From: Candidatus Hodarchaeota archaeon
GTDB lineage: Archaea > Asgardarchaeota > Lokiarchaeia > Sigyniarchaeales > SOKP01
Assembly (NCBI GenBank): GCA_048886685.1
Contig: JBHLKM010000009.1
Coordinates: 1-64,000 of the forward strand
Length of the DNA: 64,000 nt
Reading direction: 5' to 3'
Shown here one piece after another: positions 1-9,040 of the stretch; the first letter of the stretch is position 1, and the number at the start of each line of letters is the position of its first letter. A program made the position numbers and the translations under genes. The notes under the pieces are model-generated. The model was given only the letters and a program-made list of their open reading frames with translations. It was not told the origin of the DNA and did not search any database.

Positions 1-377
1 TCCTTATCATCAAAATCTGCTGCTAAAAGTTTATTAGTTATTTGTTGAATACTTAAAGAAACCATATCTAAGTTAGCATTGCTTTTTGTTACTGTGCATA
101 ATATGTATTTAGGACCTGCTTTTGACAAAATAATGATACCTTCAACGCCTTCTATGAGAATTCGTTTTAAATCTCCTCGAGCAAATTCTTTTACAGCACC
201 TTTAGAAATATTTACAATTGTAGCACTTATCGCAGCAACAAAATTATTATTTGTTTCTTTAGTAAGTTCAGAGTATAAGGGTAATCCTTCTTTAGTCAAA
301 AGCATCAATCCTTGGATATCAGGATTATCTCCAAATAAATTTCTATCTCTTCTTTTTTGAAAATCATCAAGCTCCAT
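1..377 (-). CDS. Roadblock/LC7 (MglB-like) domain protein, 3' end runs off window
   Basis: Not in ORF track. Manual translation from ATG at 377 (AGGTGA SD-like upstream): MELDDFQKRRDRNLFGDNPDIQGLMLLTKEGLPLYSEL...FVAAISATIVNISKGAVKEFARGDLKRILIEGVEGIIILSKAGPKYILCTVTKSNANLDMV..., the typical roadblock pattern; no stop before base 1. Confidence 0.9.
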   Translation of the reverse strand, partial: MELDDFQKRRDRNLFGDNPDIQGLMLLTKEGLPLYSELTKETNNNFVAAISATIVNISKGAVKEFARGDLKRILIEGVEGIIILSKAGPKYILCTVTKSNANLDMVSLSIQQITNKLLAADFDDK

Positions 378-822
378 AGAATTCACCTTAAATTAATTTT
401 CAAATTTCATTTTCTATAGTTTTAAAAGTCTTTTCTTTATTCAACACAAATATATCTAAAATTAAGTCTATAGGATATTGTATCAATTCACCTATATAAT
501 AATTTTATCTAGTTATTACTTAATTTTACCTATTTTATTTTTTTATATATAATAATTGTTAAAAGATTTCCCCTTGCCACTATCCCACTAATTAATAATA
601 TATTCATGCAAAATTTAGTATTAATTTTGAAGAAGTAAAGAAGTGATACATTTTTCTACTCGAATTTTTATTAGTAAATTATAGTTAAGTTCTATATTTT
701 TAAATTAGGACTGTTAATGTTGAGGTTGGTAAGGATATAATAATCAAATATTTTGTTATAAAGTAATTCAGATAGTAGTAATAGGGCTTAATTTAATAAG
801 AGTGAATAAAGGTTGTTTATAT

Positions 823-3800
823 ATGAGAACTTTAATTTTAAGTCATCGGAATTCATATTTACCTCCTTCTATATTTTTACAAATACCCGAAAAGATTCAA
901 AGAGATGATCTCAAACAGGTTCCTTTATTGATTGATATCTATGAAAAAGGTTTTTTCATACATACGTTTGGAACTTTTAAAACAGCAAATTTAATTTTTA
1001 ATGTTCCAAGCAAATATTCAAACAGCGGAATAGAGCGTCTTTTAATTTCATTAGTTGTTGATGGTAAATCGAACATCAAATCAACGCTAGCTGAGGAATT
1101 TTTAGAAGGGTTAGTAGAAGAGTTCAAAAAAATCGAAGATGTTTTCAAGGCTTTTTATGTAGATTCTATGTTTGATGAAGGAGATCATACTAAACTAGAG
1201 GAAATTAGAAGATTACTTAATGTTTTTTATATCTCTTTTCCTGAAGAAGAAGTCATATTTGAACAAAAGGAGGCAAGAGTATTGATTTTCGGGCTTTCCC
1301 AGGCAGGTAAAACAACAATCATTAAAACGAGGAGAAAATCAGTATCAAAGACAACTTTTCCAACTATAAATGTAGACATCTCTAAAATTATAGTTAATAA
1401 TGTATCTATGTTAACTTATGATATCCCTGGAAAATATAAAGCGAAAGAAATATGGAAGCCCTATCTAAGAAACCAAGATGGATTGATATTTGTTTTAGAT
1501 GTTACTGATACAATAAGGTTCTCATATGCTCGTGAAATATTTCATGAAATTGCGAGGAAACCAGAATTAAGTGAGTTGCCACTTCTAATTCTTTTTAATA
1601 AGACTGACAGAAAACAATCAGATATAAAAGCTCTAGAAGAAATCATGGGAGTACAGAATCTCGGGAAAAGACCAATAAAAACATTTTTGACAAGTGGGAT
1701 TTTGAATATAAACATTGACGAGGCGTTTAATTGGCTTTCACTTAAAATTGCTGAGAGAGCTGAACAATACACTCCTAGAACGGAGGTTGGAATAATTTTT
1801 TGTCGATGGGATGAGAATCTTGGTATTAAAATAGAAGCAGTATATCCTAAAGATGCTTTTGAAAATCCAGAATTGATATCTGTTAAAAGTTTTTCAATAT
1901 CACAGTTTATTTTTGGAGGTGATGAATTTAGACCAACCTCAGTAATTCTTCCATTTCCTCACCTAAATTCAAATGCCGCGATTTATTTTGATTCTGTTCC
2001 TAATGAGGACATTAGGGGAGGTGTATTACCTTTATCTTTAATAGTTTATTACAATGAAAAAATTCCTAAAAACATAATTAACCAATTTAGCACTTTTATT
2101 CTTAACCATTTTGAAGACATAAAAAAGAATTATTTAGATAAAAATCAGATAATAGATACTCTCGAATCTATTCATTCTACAATAAATAATCAAATTGATT
2201 TATACCAACCCTCGATTGAAGCACTCAAGATGGCCGAATTACGCTATGAAGCTTTATTTAAAGCTGCTCGAGATGCCATTTTGATAATTGATAGAAAATC
2301 AGGATTAATAATGGATGTGAACCAAGCAGCCGAAGAATTATTTCAACGACCGTTTGAAGATTTTATTGGTTTGCATTCCAGTCAAATATTAAGTGAGATC
2401 ATTGATATAGATTTTAATGAAGAGGTTTTTGAACAACTTAATTATCCTTTTCCTTTAAGATTAGAGGTTATTGATAATTCTGGTAATTTTATTCCCGTTG
2501 AAATTAGTGTCAGTGAAGTTCAGATAGGAGGTCAAATCTACATTCAATATATTCTTCGAGATATTCGTAAGAGAATAGAAGCAGAAATTAAATTAAAGTA
2601 TTCTGAAACAAAATACCGTTTCTTATTTAAAGAATCCCCCTTTTCTGTTCTTTTAATTGATCCTAAAGGTTCTTTAGTAGATTTTAATCCGGCTTTAGAG
2701 AAGACATTAGGGTATACGAGAGAGGAATTAATTGGAAGAAAATTTGTAGATCTTTCAATAATCCATCGAGATTATATCGTGGACGTTCTTAAAAGATTGA
2801 AAAAAGAAGAAAGAGGTAGGGATTTTCATCCATTAGAAATTCAACTCTATCAAAAAAATGGCAATCTTATTTGGGTAAATATGCAAACATCCTTAGTAGA
2901 TATTGGAGATGACACTTTTTATCAAATTATTTGTCAGAATATAACAGAAGATAAAAAAATTGAACAGGAATTAATGAAAATTTCAAGATTAAAAGCAATT
3001 ATTACAGGGATTGCATCGAGATTTGTTGGCATACAGGATTTTAGTCAGGCAATGATAGAATCACTTAGAGATATAGGCGAGTTTGTTAACGCAACACGAG
3101 TGTATCTTTACATTCTTAATGAAAATTTTAAATTTATAAAAAGAAATTATGAGTGGTATGGTAAGGTGATGTTTCCCCAAGAAAGTTTACCTGAAAATAT
3201 GCAAATGAGTAATTTTCCATGGTTTACTGAGAAATTACTAGAATCTGATTATTTATATGTTAAAAATGTAGACAGGCTTCCTACAGAAGCTGTAAATTTA
3301 AAATACTTTCTTGAAAATCAAGAAGTAAACAACTTTTTAACATTTTCCGTTAAAATAAACGGGATTTTAGAAGCAATACTTTGTTTTGATAATATTAATG
3401 ATAGTGATTATTGGATAGAAGAAAACTTGGACTTAATCAGCATTATTTCAGACCTTCTTAAAAATGTATTACTACGTAAATTAGCTGAAGAGTATTTACG
3501 CAGAAGTGAAGAAAGTATCCACCAAGAATTTGATAGAGAGTATTTTTACAAAGAACTATTCGTAAATGATATAAATTCTATAATAGAGAACATTCAATTA
3601 TCACTAAACGAATATGAAAAGGCTGATAATCAAATTATACTAAAAAGTAAGAGAGAGATATTGGATTCTATTAAAGATCAATGTATTAATAGTAAACTCT
3701 TAATAGATATAATACGAAAATTAACGATGATCAATCAAACAAAGCTTTTCATTGAACCTGTAAATTTAAATAGTGTAATCGATAATGTTAAAGAATTTAT

Positions 3801-4194
3801 TACAAATAGTTATTCCAATAAAGAAATTATTATAGATGTTGAGCATCCAACTGATAATTTATATGTAAAAGCTGATAAATTTCTAATAGATCTTTTTGTC
3901 AATATCCTTATCAGTTCAATTCGATATAATAAAAACTCAACAATTGAGATAAAAATTATTATCTTTAGAAGCCAGCAGGATAACATAAATTACATCAAAG
4001 TGAAATTTATAGATTATCAAAAAGAGATTTTAAATGTGGGCAAAGAAATGATATTCCAGAAAGAAAGAGAAAAGGATAGTAAGATTAAAGAGATAATATT
4101 AGGATTCCTTTTGGTAGAACGTATCTTAAATAATTACAATGGAAAAATATGGGTTGAAGGAGATTCTTTTGTTATATTATTACCCGAAGCATGA
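823..4194 (+). CDS. Multidomain signalling protein: longin/uDENN-like - Arf-family small GTPase - longin/uDENN-like - PAS - PAS - GAF - degenerate histidine kinase (HisKA/HATPase pseudokinase)
   Basis: G1 GLSQAGKTT, G2 TTFPTINVD, G3 DIPGK, Arf-like IWKPYLRNQDGLIFVLD, G4 NKTD; GIIFCRWDENLGIKIEAVYP; PAS motifs (RYEALF..DAILIID..DVNQAAEELF; KYRFLF..DFNPALEKTLGYTREELIG); GAF (ATRVYLY..YEW..FPWF); HK-like tail with FVND in place of xHD. ATG 823 preferred over GTG 802. Confidence 0.85.
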   Translation: MRTLILSHRNSYLPPSIFLQIPEKIQRDDLKQVPLLIDIYEKGFFIHTFGTFKTANLIFNVPSKYSNSGIERLLISLVVDGKSNIKSTLAEEFLEGLVEEFKKIEDVFKAFYVDSMFDEGDHTKLEEIRRLLNVFYISFPEEEVIFEQKEARVLIFGLSQAGKTTIIKTRRKSVSKTTFPTINVDISKIIVNNVSMLTYDIPGKYKAKEIWKPYLRNQDGLIFVLDVTDTIRFSYAREIFHEIARKPELSELPLLILFNKTDRKQSDIKALEEIMGVQNLGKRPIKTFLTSGILNINIDEAFNWLSLKIAERAEQYTPRTEVGIIFCRWDENLGIKIEAVYPKDAFENPELISVKSFSISQFIFGGDEFRPTSVILPFPHLNSNAAIYFDSVPNEDIRGGVLPLSLIVYYNEKIPKNIINQFSTFILNHFEDIKKNYLDKNQIIDTLESIHSTINNQIDLYQPSIEALKMAELRYEALFKAARDAILIIDRKSGLIMDVNQAAEELFQRPFEDFIGLHSSQILSEIIDIDFNEEVFEQLNYPFPLRLEVIDNSGNFIPVEISVSEVQIGGQIYIQYILRDIRKRIEAEIKLKYSETKYRFLFKESPFSVLLIDPKGSLVDFNPALEKTLGYTREELIGRKFVDLSIIHRDYIVDVLKRLKKEERGRDFHPLEIQLYQKNGNLIWVNMQTSLVDIGDDTFYQIICQNITEDKKIEQELMKISRLKAIITGIASRFVGIQDFSQAMIESLRDIGEFVNATRVYLYILNENFKFIKRNYEWYGKVMFPQESLPENMQMSNFPWFTEKLLESDYLYVKNVDRLPTEAVNLKYFLENQEVNNFLTFSVKINGILEAILCFDNINDSDYWIEENLDLISIISDLLKNVLLRKLAEEYLRRSEESIHQEFDREYFYKELFVNDINSIIENIQLSLNEYEKADNQIILKSKREILDSIKDQCINSKLLIDIIRKLTMINQTKLFIEPVNLNSVIDNVKEFITNSYSNKEIIIDVEHPTDNLYVKADKFLIDLFVNILISSIRYNKNSTIEIKIIIFRSQQDNINYIKVKFIDYQKEILNVGKEMIFQKEREKDSKIKEIILGFLLVERILNNYNGKIWVEGDSFVILLPEA

Positions 4195-4270
4195 GAAACT
4201 TTTCAAAATTCTCAATTTATTGGATCATTTATAGATTAAATAAAACAGATTACTAAGAGTGGTGATTGCG

Positions 4271-4753
4271 ATGGAAAATCCTAACGAAAACGAGGTATCT
4301 CAAAAACAAATGGGAATATCAAAAAAGAAAAAGAAAAATCCCGTAGGGCAATTTTTTCTAAGTGTAAAGAAAGAATTTAATGATGGTTTGAAACAAATTA
4401 AGACATCTTGGGAGAAAATTATAAAAAATATCAAAGAGAACGATCCGAAGAGAAAGCGATTTAAAAAACTCTATGGAAAATTAGAGGAGATAGAAACTCA
4501 GATATCTGAAATAAAGGATGATACCCAAGAAATTAAGCTGAAAATTGATGATGTTGCTGAAGTAATCGATAAACTTATGGAAGATATAGCTGACATTGAG
4601 GCACATATGAAAAAAAATCTGGGATCTGATTGGAAAATCCTAAAAAGCTCTTGGAAAATGTGTAAGAAGGGTGAGATTACTAAAAAGGAATTTATTAAGA
4701 TAGGACTATCGAAAATTGGGAAGAGATTTGCGAGTATCTTTATTAGTTTATGA
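4271..4753 (+). CDS. Hypothetical coiled-coil protein with basic amphipathic C-terminus
   Basis: Heptad run LEEIETQISEIKDDTQEIKLKIDDVAEVIDKL; GGTGA SD-like before ATG 4271; same strand just downstream of the GTPase fusion. Confidence 0.7.
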   Translation: MENPNENEVSQKQMGISKKKKKNPVGQFFLSVKKEFNDGLKQIKTSWEKIIKNIKENDPKRKRFKKLYGKLEEIETQISEIKDDTQEIKLKIDDVAEVIDKLMEDIADIEAHMKKNLGSDWKILKSSWKMCKKGEITKKEFIKIGLSKIGKRFASIFISL

Positions 4754-4862
4754 CTTTCCAAAAAGAATTAGTAATCATGGATAAATGAAAGTTTGTCTTA
4801 ATTGGCAGTGTGAATACATTACTCTCCTATGAAATCAAAAGCAAAAAATTGTACAAGGCTCT

Positions 4863-4880
4863 CTATAGAATTATCTATAG
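4863..4880. promoter_or_regulatory. Candidate operator CTATAG-N6-CTATAG (copy 1)
   Basis: CTATAGAATTATCTATAG, palindromic arms; 15/18 identical to the copy at 5897-5914. Confidence 0.3.
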
Positions 4881-5100
4881 AACCCTAAATATAATATCTT
4901 TTTTTGTAAATATAAATATTATCTTTGTGACTTTTGTGTTAAATTATTGCGCAACATTGAATGAATTGATAGCTATTTTTATGATTGGTTTTGGATAGCT
5001 TAATATAGAACACATAAATAATAGTATTTATAAAACAAATCATCGCTCAAATTGAGGATTTAAATCATAAATCAATAATAAAAAAGGTGTAAGACCCAAG

Positions 5101-5643
5101 ATGTCAAGAGTAGATATAAATGAGGAATTTACAACTCAATTAAGGGATGAGCAATTTCTTTATTTTGCGGAAAATTCGAGTTTAGGCATAGCGTTAATAC
5201 AGAGAGGGTATTTAAAGTATTTTAATAAGAAATTTGCTGAAATTTTTCGATATAGCGAAGATGAGATATTACAGTGGAAGAAACGAGAATTCTATAAAAT
5301 AGTACATTCAGAGGATTTACCAAAATTAGTAAAAAATTTTAAAGTTGAGGATGGAAATACAGTTTTAGTTAGATTTCGAGGGGTAACAAAAGACCAGAAA
5401 ATATTCGAGTTAGAGAACTACATATGTATGATAAAATATAACAATAAGACAGCTTATCTCTCGAGTTATGTTCCTCTAGAAGAAATTCAAGAAGAACCAG
5501 AAACTTATGAGCCTAAGACAATAAAAATACAAATAAAAAAGAGAATAGCTATCGACTATCATCCAGATATAGTTAGACTCTTACGGAATAATAATATAAA
5601 GTTTGATATTATTGAGCAAAGCTCTTTTCGAGAAGAAGATTAA
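5101..5643 (+). CDS. Stand-alone PAS domain protein
   Basis: FAENSSLGIALIQRGYLKYFNKKFAEIFRYSEDEI...IVHSEDL..FRGVTKD is a PAS signature. Confidence 0.8.
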   Translation: MSRVDINEEFTTQLRDEQFLYFAENSSLGIALIQRGYLKYFNKKFAEIFRYSEDEILQWKKREFYKIVHSEDLPKLVKNFKVEDGNTVLVRFRGVTKDQKIFELENYICMIKYNNKTAYLSSYVPLEEIQEEPETYEPKTIKIQIKKRIAIDYHPDIVRLLRNNNIKFDIIEQSSFREED

Positions 5644-5828
5644 TCCTTTTTTACCTTTTGGTCTTCTGATGCTTCTTCAAAATGAATATTGTACAATTTT
5701 TCAGGATCAATTACCTTATATTGAATCAGCTTTCTTGGGATGATAACCACATAATCTGGACCCATAGAAGCTAGTTTTTTATTCTCTAAGGTAAAAATCT
5801 TTTTCTCGTTTTTCATATGTAGTACCAT
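5640..5828 (-). CDS. Small AbrB/MazE/SpoVT-like DNA-binding protein
   Basis: KLASMGPDYVVIIPRKLIQYKVIDPEKLYNIHFE resembles the swapped-hairpin consensus; start may be ATG 5816. Confidence 0.55.
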   Translation of the reverse strand: MVLHMKNEKKIFTLENKKLASMGPDYVVIIPRKLIQYKVIDPEKLYNIHFEEASEDQKVKKD

Positions 5829-5896
5829 AAAAAATAGTTTTAAATGTTTTCTTTTATTTTTTATAGAAATTTAACCAAATAAGTTAGAGTGGACAC

Positions 5897-5914
5897 CTAT
5901 AGAATTTCTTATAG
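5897..5914. promoter_or_regulatory. Candidate operator CTATAG-N6-TTATAG (copy 2)
   Basis: CTATAGAATTTCTTATAG, ~70 bp upstream of the AbrB-like gene. Confidence 0.3.
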
Positions 5915-6076
5915 GGTTTTTAAATTATAACTTCCAGTAAATCTCTTATTAAATACTATAGAGATTGAATTTATATTTAAATATTTATTACTCATCCATA
6001 GATAACAGAAGTATCAAAAATCGGGAAAATATATGAAAAAATCCTCTTTATGGCTTAACTTCGTTTTAGCAACTTA

Positions 6077-7087
6077 TTACCGTTCTTTATTAGATGAAGT
6101 GATTTTGAATGCTCTTTGTAAATAATTTCTATAATTATTAGTTAACTTTTGTCTATAATATGGATTCTTTTCTGTGCTTTTTTTATAATTTTTGTGGGCT
6201 CTTTGCTTCCATTTTACAAAATTTTGCGTTTCAGAACCATTCCATATAGCTTTCTTGCCCGTGACTTTCTCAAATATATATTGTTCTGTGATTTTCTCTA
6301 TATCTTCTTTTGGTTTTAAAGGTTTTTTATCTTTAGGTTTTGTAGGTTTTTTCTCTTTAACATCCTTGTTCTTGAGAAGAGAGTGCAAATGGAGAGCAAA
6401 TAATTTTGTAGGTTTTCCTTTATAATGAGTGATCTTTCCGGTTTCTAAACGATATTTATTCTTTATTTTTGCTTTCCAATTATGAAATGCTTTTGTTTCA
6501 GTTTCATTCCAAATAGCGTTTTTATTAGTTAATTTCTCGAACACCATCAACTCTAAATCTTCTGTTTTGAAGTCTTCTACTTTCTTTGCTCTCTCTTTTG
6601 GGGGTTCTTTTTGTTGTGCTGATACAGGTTTTGCTTTTTTATTAAAAATTTCTAAGATCTCAGAGCAATTTATTTTCTTACCATTACCAATTGTAAAAAA
6701 GGGATCATTTATTGCATCTAGATTGACGGAAAAATCGAAAATTTGAGGATCATCCAAATACGGACCTAAATATTTCGCTAAAACAATAATAGTCTCATTA
6801 TTTTGAGAAATATTAATATGATTATTCGAAGTGGAGGTTGTTTGATATAAGGAGAATTGGTTAAAATCCTTTATTTTATCAATTTCTTTTATTTCTTCTT
6901 TAGTTTTAATAATTCGGTCATATTTTAGCTCTTTTTTTCCATTAATAAGAACATCAAGAGCTGTTAAATTGTATTTTGAATTTTTCTTTAGTGTATTTCT
7001 AACAATAAATTTCACGAATTTTTTTATTTGATTCCATTTTGAGTTTTTTGCGATACCAATAATTTCTCTTAAACTGACTTCAGACAT
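6077..7087 (-). CDS. Basic hypothetical protein with four short internal repeats (F/Y-x3-T-x-K-x3-W/Y-x4-T-x2-F/Y)
   Basis: FEKLTNKNAIWNETETKAFHNWK / YRLETGKITHYKGKPTKLF / FEKVTGKKAIWNGSETQNFVKWK / YKKSTEKNPYYRQKLTNNY. Confidence 0.75.
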   Translation of the reverse strand: MSEVSLREIIGIAKNSKWNQIKKFVKFIVRNTLKKNSKYNLTALDVLINGKKELKYDRIIKTKEEIKEIDKIKDFNQFSLYQTTSTSNNHINISQNNETIIVLAKYLGPYLDDPQIFDFSVNLDAINDPFFTIGNGKKINCSEILEIFNKKAKPVSAQQKEPPKERAKKVEDFKTEDLELMVFEKLTNKNAIWNETETKAFHNWKAKIKNKYRLETGKITHYKGKPTKLFALHLHSLLKNKDVKEKKPTKPKDKKPLKPKEDIEKITEQYIFEKVTGKKAIWNGSETQNFVKWKQRAHKNYKKSTEKNPYYRQKLTNNYRNYLQRAFKITSSNKER

Positions 7088-7238
7088 TCAAAACACTTCT
7101 TCTTAACAACTCTAAAATACCTCAACACTTCCAAAATATTAATAAAAAAAGTACTTAATATATTTTTATTTTTAAAATCCTAAAGTCTTGGATTATGAAA
7201 AAAAATAATAATAGAAAATATTTTGAACAAAATTTTTT

Positions 7239-8858
7239 TTAAGTTTCTCTTCCTTTTAGTTTAATCACCAAGAACACCACAAGTACAACAGCTGCAACTC
7301 CAACAACAAGCAGTGATACCAATATCCACGGGAATGGTGAATCTTTATCAGAGGTAGATAATTTAACATACATTATTTCATCATCGTTACCCCATAGACC
7401 ATCTGTTCCATCGTACCAGACCACATGAACTTGATTTTTTGAATCTGTAGCAATTGCAGGTTGTCCACTCCAATCGTCATTCCAATAGGCTCCTTTATAT
7501 CCATCAGAAATCACAATTGGATCTGACCAGCCAGATGAATCAGTCCATTTTGAATACATTATTTCATCATCTGTACCCCAAGTTCCATTAGTACTATCTT
7601 CCCAAACGACATGAATAATCGCTAGATTGTCCACTGAAATATCGACATTTTCGCTTTCACCAAGATTCCACCAGGTTCCACCATGACCATCGGAAACTAT
7701 CGTTATATTAGACCATTGATCTATAGATGCTGAATATTTCGCATACATTATCTCATCATCAACACCCCAACTTCCATTTGAAGAATCCCCCCAAACAGCG
7801 TGAGCATTTCCCGAATTATCTACTTCTATCTTAGGATCGTCACAACTCCCTGTGTTCCAACCCCATACATTGTTATAGCCATCCGAAATCACGGTGGCAT
7901 TTAACCATTTTCCAGATGAAGCATTATACATAGTCCACATTATTTCTTCATCGTTACCCCATGTACCATTTGTACGATCTTCCCATATTACATGAATATT
8001 TCCCGTAATATCTATATCAATATCAGGATCCGCGCTAAGACCATTATTCCAGCCAGATAATGAGTCAGAAATTATAGTAACATTAGACCATTTTCTTGTT
8101 GAGACTGAATAATTTACATACATTATCTCAGAATCATCTATATCTCCGGTCCAACTTCCTAACGTTCTATCTTGCCAAACTACATGAATATTACCCGAAG
8201 AGTCGATATCTATTGCAGGATCTTCGCTTGATCCATTATTCCAACCCCAAATATTATTCCAACCATCAGAGAGTACTGTAATATTGCTCCATTGACTTGA
8301 AGCGACTGAAAAATTGACATACATTATCTCGCTATCATCAAGAGAATCCTTCCATTTGCCATTTGAATAGTCTTGCCAGACTACATGAACATTCCCAGAA
8401 TTATCAGCAGCGATATTAGGGCTATAAGATTCATCGTCATTCCAGCCCCATACATTATTATAACCATCAGAGATTACTGTGATATTTGACCATTGGCTTG
8501 TTGCAGCCGAATATTTCGCGTAAAAAATTTCATAATCGTAGATTGCATTAGTCCAAATTCCAACGGTATCATCAGTCCAAACAACATGAATATTGCCATT
8601 TCCGTCGACAGCAATTTCAGGAATTTCAGACCAGCCATCATTCCATCCCCATATACCATTATAACCATCAGAAATTACCGTAACATTCGTCGTGTCTTGA
8701 CAACTCAATCCTAAATCGAAATTATTAACATTTATGACATAACCTTGAGAATTAAATCTATCCATTGGAATTAAAGGTAAAATAATACTTGAAATCAATA
8801 AAAGAAAAACCAAACTCAACCCTATATAGTTCAATGTATTTCTTTTCAATAAATTCAC
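7239..8858 (-). CDS. Membrane-anchored cell-surface protein with seven ~63-68 aa repeats (probable 7-bladed beta-propeller)
   Basis: N-terminal hydrophobic signal; 7 x TVISDG..WN..S..P.I.VD.SGN.HVVW.D...G.W..D.EIMY; C-terminal TM helix plus basic tail; many N-x-S/T sequons. Confidence 0.85.
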   Translation of the reverse strand: MNLLKRNTLNYIGLSLVFLLLISSIILPLIPMDRFNSQGYVINVNNFDLGLSCQDTTNVTVISDGYNGIWGWNDGWSEIPEIAVDGNGNIHVVWTDDTVGIWTNAIYDYEIFYAKYSAATSQWSNITVISDGYNNVWGWNDDESYSPNIAADNSGNVHVVWQDYSNGKWKDSLDDSEIMYVNFSVASSQWSNITVLSDGWNNIWGWNNGSSEDPAIDIDSSGNIHVVWQDRTLGSWTGDIDDSEIMYVNYSVSTRKWSNVTIISDSLSGWNNGLSADPDIDIDITGNIHVIWEDRTNGTWGNDEEIMWTMYNASSGKWLNATVISDGYNNVWGWNTGSCDDPKIEVDNSGNAHAVWGDSSNGSWGVDDEIMYAKYSASIDQWSNITIVSDGHGGTWWNLGESENVDISVDNLAIIHVVWEDSTNGTWGTDDEIMYSKWTDSSGWSDPIVISDGYKGAYWNDDWSGQPAIATDSKNQVHVVWYDGTDGLWGNDDEIMYVKLSTSDKDSPFPWILVSLLVVGVAAVVLVVFLVIKLKGRET

Positions 8859-9040
8859 TTTTTTAAATTAAATGTTATTAGATATAGAACTAATACTAAT
8901 TTTCATAATATAAGCTTTTACTTTGGACTAAGATTAAGATTCAGCCTCATTTACAAATATGTTAATTTTTACTTCATCCTTTTTAATTGTTTTTTCATTA
9001 AATATCTTTAATAAAAGGTAGAAATATGATTTGAAAGACA

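Noticed and set aside
79-360. 93-aa plus-strand ORF
   Set aside because: Antisense shadow of the Roadblock gene on the minus strand
4810-4998. 62-aa intergenic ORF
   Set aside because: GTG start, low-complexity AT-rich sequence that looks like promoter DNA
7360-8690. Periodic DNA repeats (e.g. CATTATTTCATCATC) that might suggest a CRISPR array
   Set aside because: Degenerate ~190-200 bp coding repeats within one ORF; no identical repeats with unique spacers
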